A stretch of DNA of 64,000 nucleotides from Chitinophagaceae bacterium (GTDB taxonomy: Bacteria > Bacteroidota > Bacteroidia > Chitinophagales > Chitinophagaceae): positions 237,434 to 301,433 of the forward strand of contig JAHBTK010000001.1 of the NCBI GenBank assembly GCA_019638625.1. The letters are read 5' to 3'. The notes under the pieces are model-generated. The model searched no databases, was not told where the DNA came from, and worked only from the letters and a program-made list of their open reading frames with translations. Both the position numbers and the translations under genes were made by a program. Of the stretch, positions 54,275 to 63,811 are shown one piece after another (the stretch's first letter is position 1; the number at the start of each line of letters is the position of its first letter).

Positions 54275-56059
54275 CTATTCCTCCCGGCTTCTTTTTCTTT
54301 TCTTTTTGGATGGGGCGTAGATTTTCTTGCCTTTGATAACAATATCAGTGAACTCTGTATAGAGAGGGTTGATACCCACCGCGTTGGCAGGGATCTTTAC
54401 CAGCGACAGGACATCATCCCAGCTATTCCCTTTGTAGTAGGGAGAGCTGTTCAGCAATCCACCGAACATACAAACACCTGCAGCCAGCCGGTAGTAGTAG
54501 TCAAGACTTTCTATCGGCTGGTAATTATTGCTGCATTTATATTGTTGTTTGATGGGTTCCTTTTTGCCGGGGTCGCAGTAGTTGATGGTAACAGTGCCAA
54601 TGGATTCGCCGGGAACATGGGTGGCCGGCTCAATTTCAAAAACCGCGATTACCGAATGCCCGGACCCTATTTCTCCGCCCAGCAGGGTACTGGTTGAGTC
54701 CTCCAGGGCCTTTCTCTTATTGTCAAAGCCTACCAGGCGATACCGCTTCACCAGTTTATCGTTGAAGCTGAGGTTCATGGATACATTGTCTGCCACAGCA
54801 TACATGGTTTGTGTAAACTCTTTCACCAACACTTTCTCACCTTCCCTTTCATCATCCAGGTAGGCAAAATTGCCATTGCCTTTTTTTGCCAGCACTTCTA
54901 TTTTCGAGTCTTTATAATTGCCCATTCCTACTCCCAGGCAGGTCAGGTACACGCCGCCTTGTTTCATCTGCATGATCAATGCCTCCAGTTCCTTTTCCCC
55001 GGTTTCCCCTACGTTAAAATCTCCGTCGGTAGCCAGTATTACCCGGTTGTTACCGTCTTTTATAAAAGTATGTTTTGCCAGCATATAGGCCTGTCTTATA
55101 CCCGCTTCGCCGGGAGTGAAACCGCCGGCATTCATATCTTCAATAGCCTGCAGTATCTTCTTTTTATCGGCGCCGCTGGTAGGGGGCAGCATCACGCCCG
55201 TTACCCCGCCATACACCACAATGGAAACCGTGTCTATTTCCCGGAGATTTTCCACCAGTTTCCGGAATGATGACTTGAGTAAGGGCAGCCGGTTGGGCAT
55301 ATCCATGGAGCCTGATACATCTACCAGGAAAACCAGGTTGCTGGGCGGCACTTTTTCAAGGTCCAGCTTTTTGGAACAAACCTGCACGAACAGCAGCCTG
55401 TTCCTGTCGTTCCACGGACAGGAACTGAATTGGGAACGAACCGTAAAAATGCTGTCACCTCCGGGTTCTATATAGTTGAAATTAAAATAGTTAAGCATTT
55501 CTTCAATACGGACAGCGTCTCCCGGCACGGTGCTGTTCATGTTGATGAACCGCCTGATGTTGCTGTACGAAGCGCGGTTAACGTTTAATGTGAGCCCGGT
55601 ATAGGGATTCTTACTGGTGCTTACAAAAGCGTTTTCTACAATGGCGCTATAGGTTTCGTCTGCTACCGTCTGGCGGATGGTCGGAAAAGTCTCTTCCGCG
55701 CTGGTATAGGATAAAAGGTATTGTTTCTGAAGACTAGCTGTATAAGGCAGCATCTTCAGCACTATTTTCTGGTATTCGGAAGTATTATTGATCTTGCAGG
55801 AAAGCGTTTCATAACCATCCAGGATAAAGCTGACACTGTCTGTTTTTTTAGACATAGCGATCCCGAAGGCGCCGCCTACACCGCTGAGATAGGGATAGCC
55901 CGTGGAGTGGATAATGATCCTTACATTCTGCAAAGGGGTTTGTTTTTCATCCATTATTTCCCCCCGCAGATAGTATTGGGCTATAGCAGTATGAGCGCCA
56001 GTCAGTAGTATAACAAAAATAGCAAGCCTTTTTACCCGGCTTTTCATCCTGTTGACCAT
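54275..56059 (-). CDS. von Willebrand factor type A domain protein (YfbK-like), secreted
   Basis: The 594-aa ORF has a signal peptide and a vWA MIDAS region ([11 protein letters not shown]). The long C-terminal region is typical of the YfbK/DUF3520 architecture. Confidence 0.85.
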   Translation of the reverse strand: MVNRMKSRVKRLAIFVILLTGAHTAIAQYYLRGEIMDEKQTPLQNVRIIIHSTGYPYLSGVGGAFGIAMSKKTDSVSFILDGYETLSCKINNTSEYQKIVLKMLPYTASLQKQYLLSYTSAEETFPTIRQTVADETYSAIVENAFVSTSKNPYTGLTLNVNRASYSNIRRFINMNSTVPGDAVRIEEMLNYFNFNYIEPGGDSIFTVRSQFSSCPWNDRNRLLFVQVCSKKLDLEKVPPSNLVFLVDVSGSMDMPNRLPLLKSSFRKLVENLREIDTVSIVVYGGVTGVMLPPTSGADKKKILQAIEDMNAGGFTPGEAGIRQAYMLAKHTFIKDGNNRVILATDGDFNVGETGEKELEALIMQMKQGGVYLTCLGVGMGNYKDSKIEVLAKKGNGNFAYLDDEREGEKVLVKEFTQTMYAVADNVSMNLSFNDKLVKRYRLVGFDNKRKALEDSTSTLLGGEIGSGHSVIAVFEIEPATHVPGESIGTVTINYCDPGKKEPIKQQYKCSNNYQPIESLDYYYRLAAGVCMFGGLLNSSPYYKGNSWDDVLSLVKIPANAVGINPLYTEFTDIVIKGKKIYAPSKKKRKRSREE

Positions 56060-56196
56060 GGATACATCTAACGCTTAAAATTACAGAATATTGTATTACA
56101 ACGGGTTACGAATTGTTGGGTTCTGCAGGACAAGGGTTGGGGGATCGTAAAATGACGGGTAACGGTAATCATTTTCCAACAAACGACATAATGGAC

Positions 56197-56733
56197 CTAC
56201 TCGACCACCTGGTAAATTTCACCAATATTTCTGCCATACCCGTCATAGTCCAGGCCATAACCCACTACAAATTTATCGGGAATACTAAAACCCAGGTAAT
56301 CGATCGGTACCGGGAACCGGTTGGCGTCCGGCTTATACAATAAGGCACAGATTTTAAGAGAAAGGGGTTGCTGGTGTCGCAATTGGGGTAAAAACTCGTT
56401 CATCGTTTTACCGGTATCAATGATGTCTTCAATGATCACCACATGCCGGTCAAAAATTTCGGCATCCAGCCCGATTGAGGTAATAATATGCCCGGTTGAT
56501 TTGGTACCTTTGTAGGAGGCCAGCTTGATAAAACAGATCTCCGCGGGAATATCCAGCTCTTTAAAAAGATCCGAAGCAAACATGAAAGAACCGTTTAAAA
56601 TGGCAATAAAAAGAGGGTGTTTACCGGCATAGTCCTGTTCAAGACGGCGGGCTATTTCTTTTATTTTGTTCTGAATGTCTTCTTTTGAAATAAAAGGCTG
56701 AAAAAGCTTATCATGTACCTTTTTTAATAACAT
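56197..56733 (-). CDS. hpt: Hypoxanthine phosphoribosyltransferase
   Basis: The 178-aa ORF has the PRPP-binding motif VVIIEDIIDTGKT and the C-terminal VVGYGLDYDGYGRN. Confidence 0.95.
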   Translation of the reverse strand: MLLKKVHDKLFQPFISKEDIQNKIKEIARRLEQDYAGKHPLFIAILNGSFMFASDLFKELDIPAEICFIKLASYKGTKSTGHIITSIGLDAEIFDRHVVIIEDIIDTGKTMNEFLPQLRHQQPLSLKICALLYKPDANRFPVPIDYLGFSIPDKFVVGYGLDYDGYGRNIGEIYQVVE

Positions 56734-56737
56734 CCCG

Positions 56738-57979
56738 TTAGTTTTTGTAAATAAGCAGTTCCTGTCCCACTTTTATAAGATCATCCTGCAGGTTATTCCA
56801 CCGGCGGATATTTGCCAGCTCCACGTTATACTTTTTCGCGATGGCGTAGAGGGTTTCTTTAGGCTGCACAATATGACTGGTATAGGTATTGGTTGCCTGC
56901 TTGCCGGTATATGCCGGTTTTTCGAATACCTGTTCTGTCTCTTTCTCTGCCCGTTCAGCCGCTTTTTTCTGCAGGTAAACCCTGGCGCCACCGGGCAATT
57001 CCCGGTCTTCTTTCAGGTTATTGTAATCCAGTACACTCTCCAGTCTCACACCTTCTTTTTGCGCAATATTATAAACCGTTTCTCCCGGTGCGGCTACCAC
57101 CACATCCTTCGAACCCTGTTTTCTTTTTCTCTGGAGATAGATCAATTGAGCTTCCGTAAGGATACCCTCGTCCTCCGGCAATTCGTTGAAGTCGATCAGG
57201 TGTTTGTATTTGATATGGTACTGCTCCGCCAGAGCCAACAGGGAGGTTCCGGCAGGTGCAAATATTACTTTTGTATTATTGATCCTGAATTCTCCTTCCG
57301 GGTACTGGATAGCAGGAACAATTTCATTGATCGTTGTTTCCGTATGCTGTACCGGCGCTGCAAAATCGCGGTCGCTGGTAACAACCACCGCCGGGAGGAT
57401 TTCCCGGGAGGCGGGAGCATGGTATTGCGCATACATGGCAGGCTCGTCATTGAATGATTTTTTGCCCAGTGCTATCTGTGTGTACAGGTTCAGGTTATAG
57501 GCTTCAATATAGTTGACCAGTTGCTGCCAGTACCTGGGATTAGTGGCATAACCGGCTTTTTTTAAGCCCTGTGCCCAGCCTTTATAATTCTCCGCGTCAA
57601 TTTTAAAAAGGAAGGCATAACGCTGGTTATTCTTCAGGAAGTCGGAATGATCTTTATAAGAATCTCTGTCTGACAGGTATGCCCGAAAGCATTCTCCTCT
57701 TTCATCATCATCGTGGTATACCTTGCTTCCCGTCCAGGTGCTTTTACATTTAATGCCAAAATGGTTATTGGAGCGAAGCACGAGGTCGCTGACACCCGCC
57801 TGGGTCTCCAGTATGCCCTGCGCCAGTTTAATGGACGCCGGTACCCCGCTGCGTTTCATTTCTTCGATGGCTACAAACTTATATTTGTTGATATACTGAA
57901 TGATAGCAGGATTTTGTGCCTGCACAGCGTGGTAAAAAAAGCAGCTTAGTAATATTAGTGATATTGGTTTCATCCACAT
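56738..57979 (-). CDS. Peptidoglycan hydrolase: glucosaminidase domain plus LysM repeats
   Basis: The 413-aa ORF has a signal peptide and a glucosaminidase-like N-terminus (AQGILETQAG..NNHFGIK..YATNPRY). At least two C-terminal LysM repeats are present (ETVYNIAQKEGVRLESVLDYNNL and ETLYAIAKKYNVELANIRRWNNL). Confidence 0.88.
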   Translation of the reverse strand: MWMKPISLILLSCFFYHAVQAQNPAIIQYINKYKFVAIEEMKRSGVPASIKLAQGILETQAGVSDLVLRSNNHFGIKCKSTWTGSKVYHDDDERGECFRAYLSDRDSYKDHSDFLKNNQRYAFLFKIDAENYKGWAQGLKKAGYATNPRYWQQLVNYIEAYNLNLYTQIALGKKSFNDEPAMYAQYHAPASREILPAVVVTSDRDFAAPVQHTETTINEIVPAIQYPEGEFRINNTKVIFAPAGTSLLALAEQYHIKYKHLIDFNELPEDEGILTEAQLIYLQRKRKQGSKDVVVAAPGETVYNIAQKEGVRLESVLDYNNLKEDRELPGGARVYLQKKAAERAEKETEQVFEKPAYTGKQATNTYTSHIVQPKETLYAIAKKYNVELANIRRWNNLQDDLIKVGQELLIYKN

Positions 57980-58626
57980 TATTTTTTTCGGATCAGCATC
58001 AGCCCGTCGCGTACTGTAAGCAACACAGATTCCACCCGGTTGTCGTCTTTTATATGTTCGTTGAAGGCATGTATGGCTTTCGCGTTTTTGCCCTTTATTT
58101 CCTCTTCCAGTACCTGTCCGTGAAACAGTACGTTATCAGCTATGATCCATCCACCGGGTTTCAGCAATGGTAATACCATTTCAAAATAAGCTATATAGCT
58201 CACTTTGTCGGCGTCTATAAATACCATATCCCATTGCCCGCCTAACCGGGGGATAATATCCAATGCATTTCCTACGTGCAAATGTATTTTATCCTTTGCA
58301 GGACTTTTGTTAAAAAAAGACCTTGCGGTGGCAGCATCCTCTTCCCTCACCTCAATGGTATGAAGCGTTGCATCATCACCCAGCCCCTCTGCCATGCATA
58401 AAGCACTGTAGCCGGTAAAAGTGCCTATCTCCAGTACCCGGTGAGGTTGTATCATCCGGGTAAGCATTTCCAGCAGCTTACCCTGCAGGGCGCCGCTCAG
58501 CATATGCCCTTTCGGGTGGGTGGCCGTGGTGAAAGCTGCCAGTTCATTCAGCAGGTAGTCTTCCCCGGAGGTAAACTGCAATGCGTATTGCTCTGCTAAA
58601 GGGTTGACAATGGCAGTTTCAGTCAT
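57979..58626 (-). CDS. Class I SAM-dependent O-methyltransferase (caffeoyl-CoA OMT-like)
   Basis: The 215-aa ORF contains VLEIGTFTGYSALCMA and DMVFIDADK. Its stop codon overlaps the downstream gene's ATG as TAATG. Confidence 0.88.
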   Translation of the reverse strand: MTETAIVNPLAEQYALQFTSGEDYLLNELAAFTTATHPKGHMLSGALQGKLLEMLTRMIQPHRVLEIGTFTGYSALCMAEGLGDDATLHTIEVREEDAATARSFFNKSPAKDKIHLHVGNALDIIPRLGGQWDMVFIDADKVSYIAYFEMVLPLLKPGGWIIADNVLFHGQVLEEEIKGKNAKAIHAFNEHIKDDNRVESVLLTVRDGLMLIRKK

Positions 58627-58660
58627 AGCGCAAAGTTAGTAGTTATAGCTTTGAGCAGTA

Positions 58661-59359
58661 TCAAAAATTAGGAGACAGTTCCCTGTCCCGGTAGTATTCC
58701 GTCATGTGATCCACCACCTCGTCGGCAGTATCTGCCAGTTTGAAAAGATCAATATCTTCCGGGTTGATGTTTTTTTCTGCCAGCATCACTTCTTCAATCC
58801 AGTTTACCAGGCCCTGCCAGTATTTTTTACCCACCAGGATGATGGGCATCTGCCTGAGTTTTCCCGTTTGGATCAGGGTGGCTACTTCAAATAGCTCATC
58901 CATCGTGCCAAATCCGCCGGGCATTATCACAAACCCCTGCGAATACTTGGTAAACATTACTTTACGGGCAAAGAAATAGTCGAACTGCAACAACTTATCG
59001 CGGTCCACGTATTTGTTGTCATATTGTTCAAAGGGTAACAATATGTTCAGCCCTATACTCTTTCCGTTAGCATCGGCGGCACCTTTGTTGCCCGCTTCCA
59101 TTATGCCCGGGCCGCCACCGGTAATGATACCAAAGCCTTCATCTGCCAGTCTCCGGGCTATTTCTACCGTTAATTCATAGTAGGGGTTGTCGGCGTTTGT
59201 ACGGGCTGATCCGAAAATAGATACACAGGCCCCGACATTTGAAAGGGACTCAAAGCCGGTTACAAATTCAGATATGATTTTTAGTATTTGCCAGGTACTT
59301 TGGGTTGAACTCTCATTCCAGTGCTGCGTTTGCAGTGTTTTAATTGTAGCATTCATCAT
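58661..59359 (-). CDS. LOG-family (TIGR00730) nucleotide phosphoribohydrolase, long form
   Basis: The 232-aa ORF contains FGSAR, GFGIITGGGPGIMEAGNKGA and PGGFGTMDELFE. Confidence 0.9.
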   Translation of the reverse strand: MMNATIKTLQTQHWNESSTQSTWQILKIISEFVTGFESLSNVGACVSIFGSARTNADNPYYELTVEIARRLADEGFGIITGGGPGIMEAGNKGAADANGKSIGLNILLPFEQYDNKYVDRDKLLQFDYFFARKVMFTKYSQGFVIMPGGFGTMDELFEVATLIQTGKLRQMPIILVGKKYWQGLVNWIEEVMLAEKNINPEDIDLFKLADTADEVVDHMTEYYRDRELSPNF

Positions 59360-59433
59360 TTTTCAATTTAATTATGACAGGAAAGCCACCCCTGGGGATG
59401 GCTTTATATTGCTACAACGAATATTTAGCGCAT

Positions 59434-60987
59434 TTAGTTTGTAGAAACCGTTCTTTTTGAAATCGTTAGCAATCCCAGGTAGGTGAGTAATCCGTTGATG
59501 AGCAGCAGCTCTATGCCGATCTGGAAGCCGCCAAACCATTGGGCGGCATTTCTGCTGAGGATATAGCTCAATACCGGGGCAGCCAGGCAGATGACGGTAA
59601 TCGTGGAACTGTTGGGCAGGCTTCGTTTGGTTAAAATACCAAAAGCGAAAAGACCGAGAAGCGGACCATAAGTGTACCCTGCAAGATCGAGGATGACGTC
59701 TATGATGCTGTTGTTATTGATGATATAAAATATGAACACGCATACCAGGAAGATGAACGCGAATGTAAAATGCACCGTCAATCTTTTCCTTTTTTTGGCT
59801 TTTTCATCCAGGTCAGTGCGCCGTTGCAAGCCCAGTATGTCGATACAGAACGAAGAGGTCAGGGCGGTCAGGGCGCCGTCTGCACTGGGAAACAATGCGG
59901 AGATCAGCGCGATAATAAAGATCAGGCCGATCACCGGCGGCAGAAAATTCATGGCAATGGAGGGAAACATTTTATCGCCGATCACATTCATGGTCTCTCC
60001 ATTAGCCGGGTTGGTTACCAGCAACTGCTGTATGGTGTCGCCGTTTACATCCACCTGTGCATATTGGCCGCCCTGGGAAAGTGTATAGAGATATAACAAC
60101 CCCCCGAGCATCAGGAACAGGAATAATACACCTGTCATTATTACAGCCATGGTCATCACATTTTTCTGTGAATCACCCAGTCGTTTCACACTGATATTTT
60201 TCTGCATCATCTCCTGGTCAAGCCCGGTCATGGCAATGGTAATAAAAGCTCCCCCCACGATCTGCTTCAGGAAGAACCCTTTGCTGTTTACATCCGTATT
60301 AAAGATATTCAGGTAACCTTTGTCGCTCATCTGGCTAAGCGCTTCGCCACCGCTGATATTAAGCTGCTGCAAAATATAGATCACACAGATGATCAGACCG
60401 GCAACCATCAACGTGGTTTGCAGGGTATCTGTGTACACAATAGTTTTTACACCCCCCTCAAACGTGTACAGCAGTATCATCAATAAGATAAATGCGGCAG
60501 TTACTAAAAAAGGGACGCCTAACCTGTCCAGGATGAAAAACTGGAGGATATTAATAACCAGGTATAACCGGGCGGTGGCGCCTACGGTACGGCTGATAAT
60601 AAAAAACAGGGCGCCTGTTTTGTATGCAATGGTCCCGAATCTTTTCTGCAGGTAGTTGTAGATAGATGTAAGATTCATCCGGTAATACAGGGGGAGCAAT
60701 ACAAAGGCAATGACGGCATAACCGATGAGATAGCCGATGGTCACCTGCATATAGGCGAAACCTTTGAAGGAGCCCCCGGCGAAATCGCCTACGCCGCCCG
60801 GTACACTTACAAAAGTAACTCCGGATAGAGAGGTGCCGATCATGCCGAATGCTACCAGCATCCAGTTACTGCTTTTATTACCGATGAAAAAGGTGTCGTT
60901 GTTTGAGTTGCGGGAAGTGTACCAGGCTACTCCAAGCAGGATGGCGAAATAACCCATCACGCAGGCAAATAATATCCAGGTTGACAT
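59434..60987 (-). CDS. Sodium:solute symporter family transporter
   Basis: I chose the internal ATG at 60987 (MSTWILFACVMGYFAILLGVAWY). The protein has about 13 TM helices. The segment SRNSNNDTFFIGNKSSNW is typical of SSS N-termini. Confidence 0.85.
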   Translation of the reverse strand: MSTWILFACVMGYFAILLGVAWYTSRNSNNDTFFIGNKSSNWMLVAFGMIGTSLSGVTFVSVPGGVGDFAGGSFKGFAYMQVTIGYLIGYAVIAFVLLPLYYRMNLTSIYNYLQKRFGTIAYKTGALFFIISRTVGATARLYLVINILQFFILDRLGVPFLVTAAFILLMILLYTFEGGVKTIVYTDTLQTTLMVAGLIICVIYILQQLNISGGEALSQMSDKGYLNIFNTDVNSKGFFLKQIVGGAFITIAMTGLDQEMMQKNISVKRLGDSQKNVMTMAVIMTGVLFLFLMLGGLLYLYTLSQGGQYAQVDVNGDTIQQLLVTNPANGETMNVIGDKMFPSIAMNFLPPVIGLIFIIALISALFPSADGALTALTSSFCIDILGLQRRTDLDEKAKKRKRLTVHFTFAFIFLVCVFIFYIINNNSIIDVILDLAGYTYGPLLGLFAFGILTKRSLPNSSTITVICLAAPVLSYILSRNAAQWFGGFQIGIELLLINGLLTYLGLLTISKRTVSTN

Positions 60988-61129
60988 ATAATTGTTAAAT
61001 CTGTTTATGTTGAGCAGGAAAGATAAAAACAAACTGGCATTCTTCATACAAAAATATTATTATGCTGCCGGGCATGTTTGTATTATTGTATTGTTTAAAT
61101 AAAAGTGGATACCTCTAAAAAGAATACTT

Positions 61130-61669
61130 ATGAATACAAGTTCCGTGGCTGTTTTTTGCGGATCCAGGGAGGGTGATAACCCCATTTATATGCAACATTC
61201 GGCTTTGCTGGCGCAGTTGCTGGCGGATGCCGGTATCGCCATTATTTATGGCGGAGGCAACAGGGGGATCATGGGCGCCGTTGCAAATACGGCGCTTTCC
61301 CGGAATGGTAAAGTGACCGGTGTGATGCCTATGATATTGGCGGAAAGGGAACAGGAGCATACGGGGCTGACCCGGCTTATTGTTACGGAAGGTATGCATG
61401 AGCGTAAGAAGACCATGTATGAGCTATGTGATGCCGCGATCATCCTGCCGGGAGGGTACGGCACCCTGGATGAGTTGTTTGAAATGCTGACATGGAACCA
61501 GTTGAGCATCCATAATAAGCGCATCTATGTGCTTAATACAAACGGCTTTTACAACTATCTTCACGAGCATATGGAACATATGGAGGCAGAAGGCTTCCTG
61601 TACACCGATGTGGAAAACAGGATCAGTTTCTTTGACACGCCGGAAAAGTTGATGGAAGGGTTGGTATAA
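61130..61669 (+). CDS. LOG-family (TIGR00730) protein, short form
   Basis: The 179-aa ORF contains VAVFCGS, IIYGGGNRGIMGAVA and PGGYGTLDELFE. Confidence 0.9.
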   Translation: MNTSSVAVFCGSREGDNPIYMQHSALLAQLLADAGIAIIYGGGNRGIMGAVANTALSRNGKVTGVMPMILAEREQEHTGLTRLIVTEGMHERKKTMYELCDAAIILPGGYGTLDELFEMLTWNQLSIHNKRIYVLNTNGFYNYLHEHMEHMEAEGFLYTDVENRISFFDTPEKLMEGLV

Positions 61670-61672
61670 TTT

Positions 61673-62005
61673 GAAAATTTGAAAGTGTGGCAATTTGAAA
61701 ATGAGAATACAAGCCCCTGCCGTTTTTGTTACTCTGACGCAGGAAGAGTCTGGGGGAATGTGGGGAATCTGCCTGCTGGTAGGTGTGATGAATGAGGATT
61801 TATGAAATGCGTTTTTTGGGGAGGCTGTGTCCCGCAACTGCGGGAGGAAAATTTGAAAATTTGAAAGTGTGGCAATTTGAAAATGAGAATACAAGCCCCT
61901 ACCGTTTTTGTCACTCTGACGCAGGAAGAGTCTGGGGGAATGTGGGAAACCTGCCTGCTGGTAGGTGTGATGAATGAGGGTTCATGAAATGCGGTTTTTT
62001 GGGGG
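61673..62005 (+). repeat. Tandem direct duplication with a unit of about 182 bp, each unit starting with a GAAAAT/TGGCAA heptad tract
   Basis: Unit 1 starts at 61673 and unit 2 at 61855. By eye I count six mismatches and one indel over the first roughly 150 nt, after which the copies diverge. Confidence 0.85.
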
Positions 62006-62174
62006 GGCGGAAAAGAGAGACGCTTGCCTGGGTTTATTCTATAGGGGATGTGGTAGGTATATTGCATGGAATTATTCTGTAGTACCGTCCTTCTCCTAAG
62101 GAGAAGGATAAGAGGATGAGGCTGGTGAGGGATTCCCTTTATCTCCGTATATTGCGACTGCTAAAGCAAAATGC

Positions 62175-62969
62175 ATGAAATATTCACTGTCATTCCTGTT
62201 GCTGTTTGTTGTTTCACTGGCTTCTGCGCAGGACATCACCAAAATGAAATGGAAACAGCTCTTTAATGGCAAGAACCTTAAAGGGTGGACACCGAAAATA
62301 AGAGGCCATGCCTATGGAGATAATTTTGGCAATACTTTCCGGGTGGAGGATGGAAAAATGACGGTGGGTTATGAAGCCTATGACAGCTTTGATGAGCGTT
62401 TCGGTCATATCTTTTATAAGACGCCTTACTCCTATTATATATTCGCGGTGGAATACCGGTTTGTGGGTAAGCAGGCTAATAACGGACCGGGCTGGGCCTA
62501 TAAAAACAGCGGTATCATGGTACATTGCCAGGACCCGGCCACCATGCACCAAAACCAGGATTTCCCGATCTCTATAGAAGTGCAGTTGCTGGGTGGCGAT
62601 TCCACCGGCGAGCGTACCACCTGCAACCTGTGTACACCGGGAACCAATGTGGAAATGGATGGTAAACTGTTTACACCGCATTGTATCAACTCCAACTCAA
62701 AAACCTTCCGGAACGAAGAATGGGTAAGGGCAGAAGTGGTAGTGCTGGGAGATTCCATCATTCATCATATTGCCAACGGAGATACGGTGCTTACCTACCA
62801 GAAGCCGCAAATAGGCGGTGGCGCTGTCAGCGATTTTGACCCGGCGCAGAAGAAAGACGGGCAGTTGCTCTCATCCGGTTATATATCCCTCCAAAGCGAA
62901 AGCCACCCGGTGCAATTCCGGAAAGTAGAGATCATCGATTTGTCCAGGTATTACAGGAAAAGGAAATGA
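62175..62969 (+). CDS. DUF1080 domain protein, secreted
   Basis: The 264-aa ORF has a signal peptide. It contains FNGKNLKGW, NSGIMVH and YISLQSESHPVQFRKVEI. Confidence 0.88.
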   Translation: MKYSLSFLLLFVVSLASAQDITKMKWKQLFNGKNLKGWTPKIRGHAYGDNFGNTFRVEDGKMTVGYEAYDSFDERFGHIFYKTPYSYYIFAVEYRFVGKQANNGPGWAYKNSGIMVHCQDPATMHQNQDFPISIEVQLLGGDSTGERTTCNLCTPGTNVEMDGKLFTPHCINSNSKTFRNEEWVRAEVVVLGDSIIHHIANGDTVLTYQKPQIGGGAVSDFDPAQKKDGQLLSSGYISLQSESHPVQFRKVEIIDLSRYYRKRK

Positions 62970-63121
62970 TACCTGTGCATTGATAAGCCGGATGATCTGC
63001 AAACCTTTCTGCCTGGTTAGTTGTGATATGGGTTAAGAGCTTCGGACCCCGGATAGTGGTTTGCGAAAGATGCAACAGGTATAAAAATTCGGAACGCTCT
63101 TTGTACAATTTATCAAACCTG

Positions 63122-63811
63122 TCAGGGCTCCTGTTTTTTCCGGATGGTGACATTTACCCGTTTGTTGACAAGGAAATCCAGGGCGGTCAGAATGCTGTTC
63201 AGCGTCTTTTCTTTCTCCTCGTCGCTATACTTTGGGGTCCGTACTCTGATCCCGGAGTGGTAATATAATTTTCCATTGTACTCATAGTGATAGGTGATGC
63301 CATAAGCGGTTAACCTTGGAATCAGCTCCGACACAGTTTCCAGGTTATATACATTGTCGTGTTTACTATCAAGATGATAATCCATGACAGTCTTGCTGAA
63401 TAAAAAGTAGTAGTTGCTACATTTTATTTTTTTGCTGTTCCCGGTGCTCCAGTCTCTCACAAGGTGGATATTCTCTATGTTGTGGCAGGCAATGGTAAAG
63501 GTGTCCGTTGAGGGTATTGCGGGATTAGCGTCGCTCTTGTACGATATACCCGTAAATACCAGGCTATCCTGCAGGATATCTGTCAGCCGGAGAGTTTGTC
63601 GTTTTGCTTTTTTTAGCTGGATATCGTAAAAACAATTCCGGTATAAAAAAAATCCTGTCGGGCTGTATTCGGCCATGTTGTCCTTCATTTCAGGATGCCT
63701 GCCCTTTTTTAGTATCATTACCGACCATGTACTGTCTGCCTGGGCAAATGACCCGGATATGCCGAACCAATGTAAAACAAACAATATTTTAAAGGCGGTA
63801 TTGCGAATCAT
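63122..63811 (-). CDS. Hypothetical secreted protein
   Basis: The 229-aa ORF has a signal-like N-terminus (FKILFVLHWFGISGSFAQ). I do not recognise a family. Confidence 0.6.
   Translation of the reverse strand: MIRNTAFKILFVLHWFGISGSFAQADSTWSVMILKKGRHPEMKDNMAEYSPTGFFLYRNCFYDIQLKKAKRQTLRLTDILQDSLVFTGISYKSDANPAIPSTDTFTIACHNIENIHLVRDWSTGNSKKIKCSNYYFLFSKTVMDYHLDSKHDNVYNLETVSELIPRLTAYGITYHYEYNGKLYYHSGIRVRTPKYSDEEKEKTLNSILTALDFLVNKRVNVTIRKKQEP

Noticed and set aside
61673-62005. Whether the 182-bp direct repeats could be a CRISPR array.
   Set aside because: - There are only two units, each far longer than CRISPR repeats.
- The units are directly adjacent with no spacers, and no cas genes are nearby.
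61424-62067. Minus-strand track ORFs 61424..61894 and 61729..62067, and the plus-strand ORF 24752..24946 (MWKCENMEICQ...).
   Set aside because: - They are read-throughs of the tandem repeat and heptad tracts.
- The repeated peptide segments mirror the DNA repeats and the sequences have no protein-like features.
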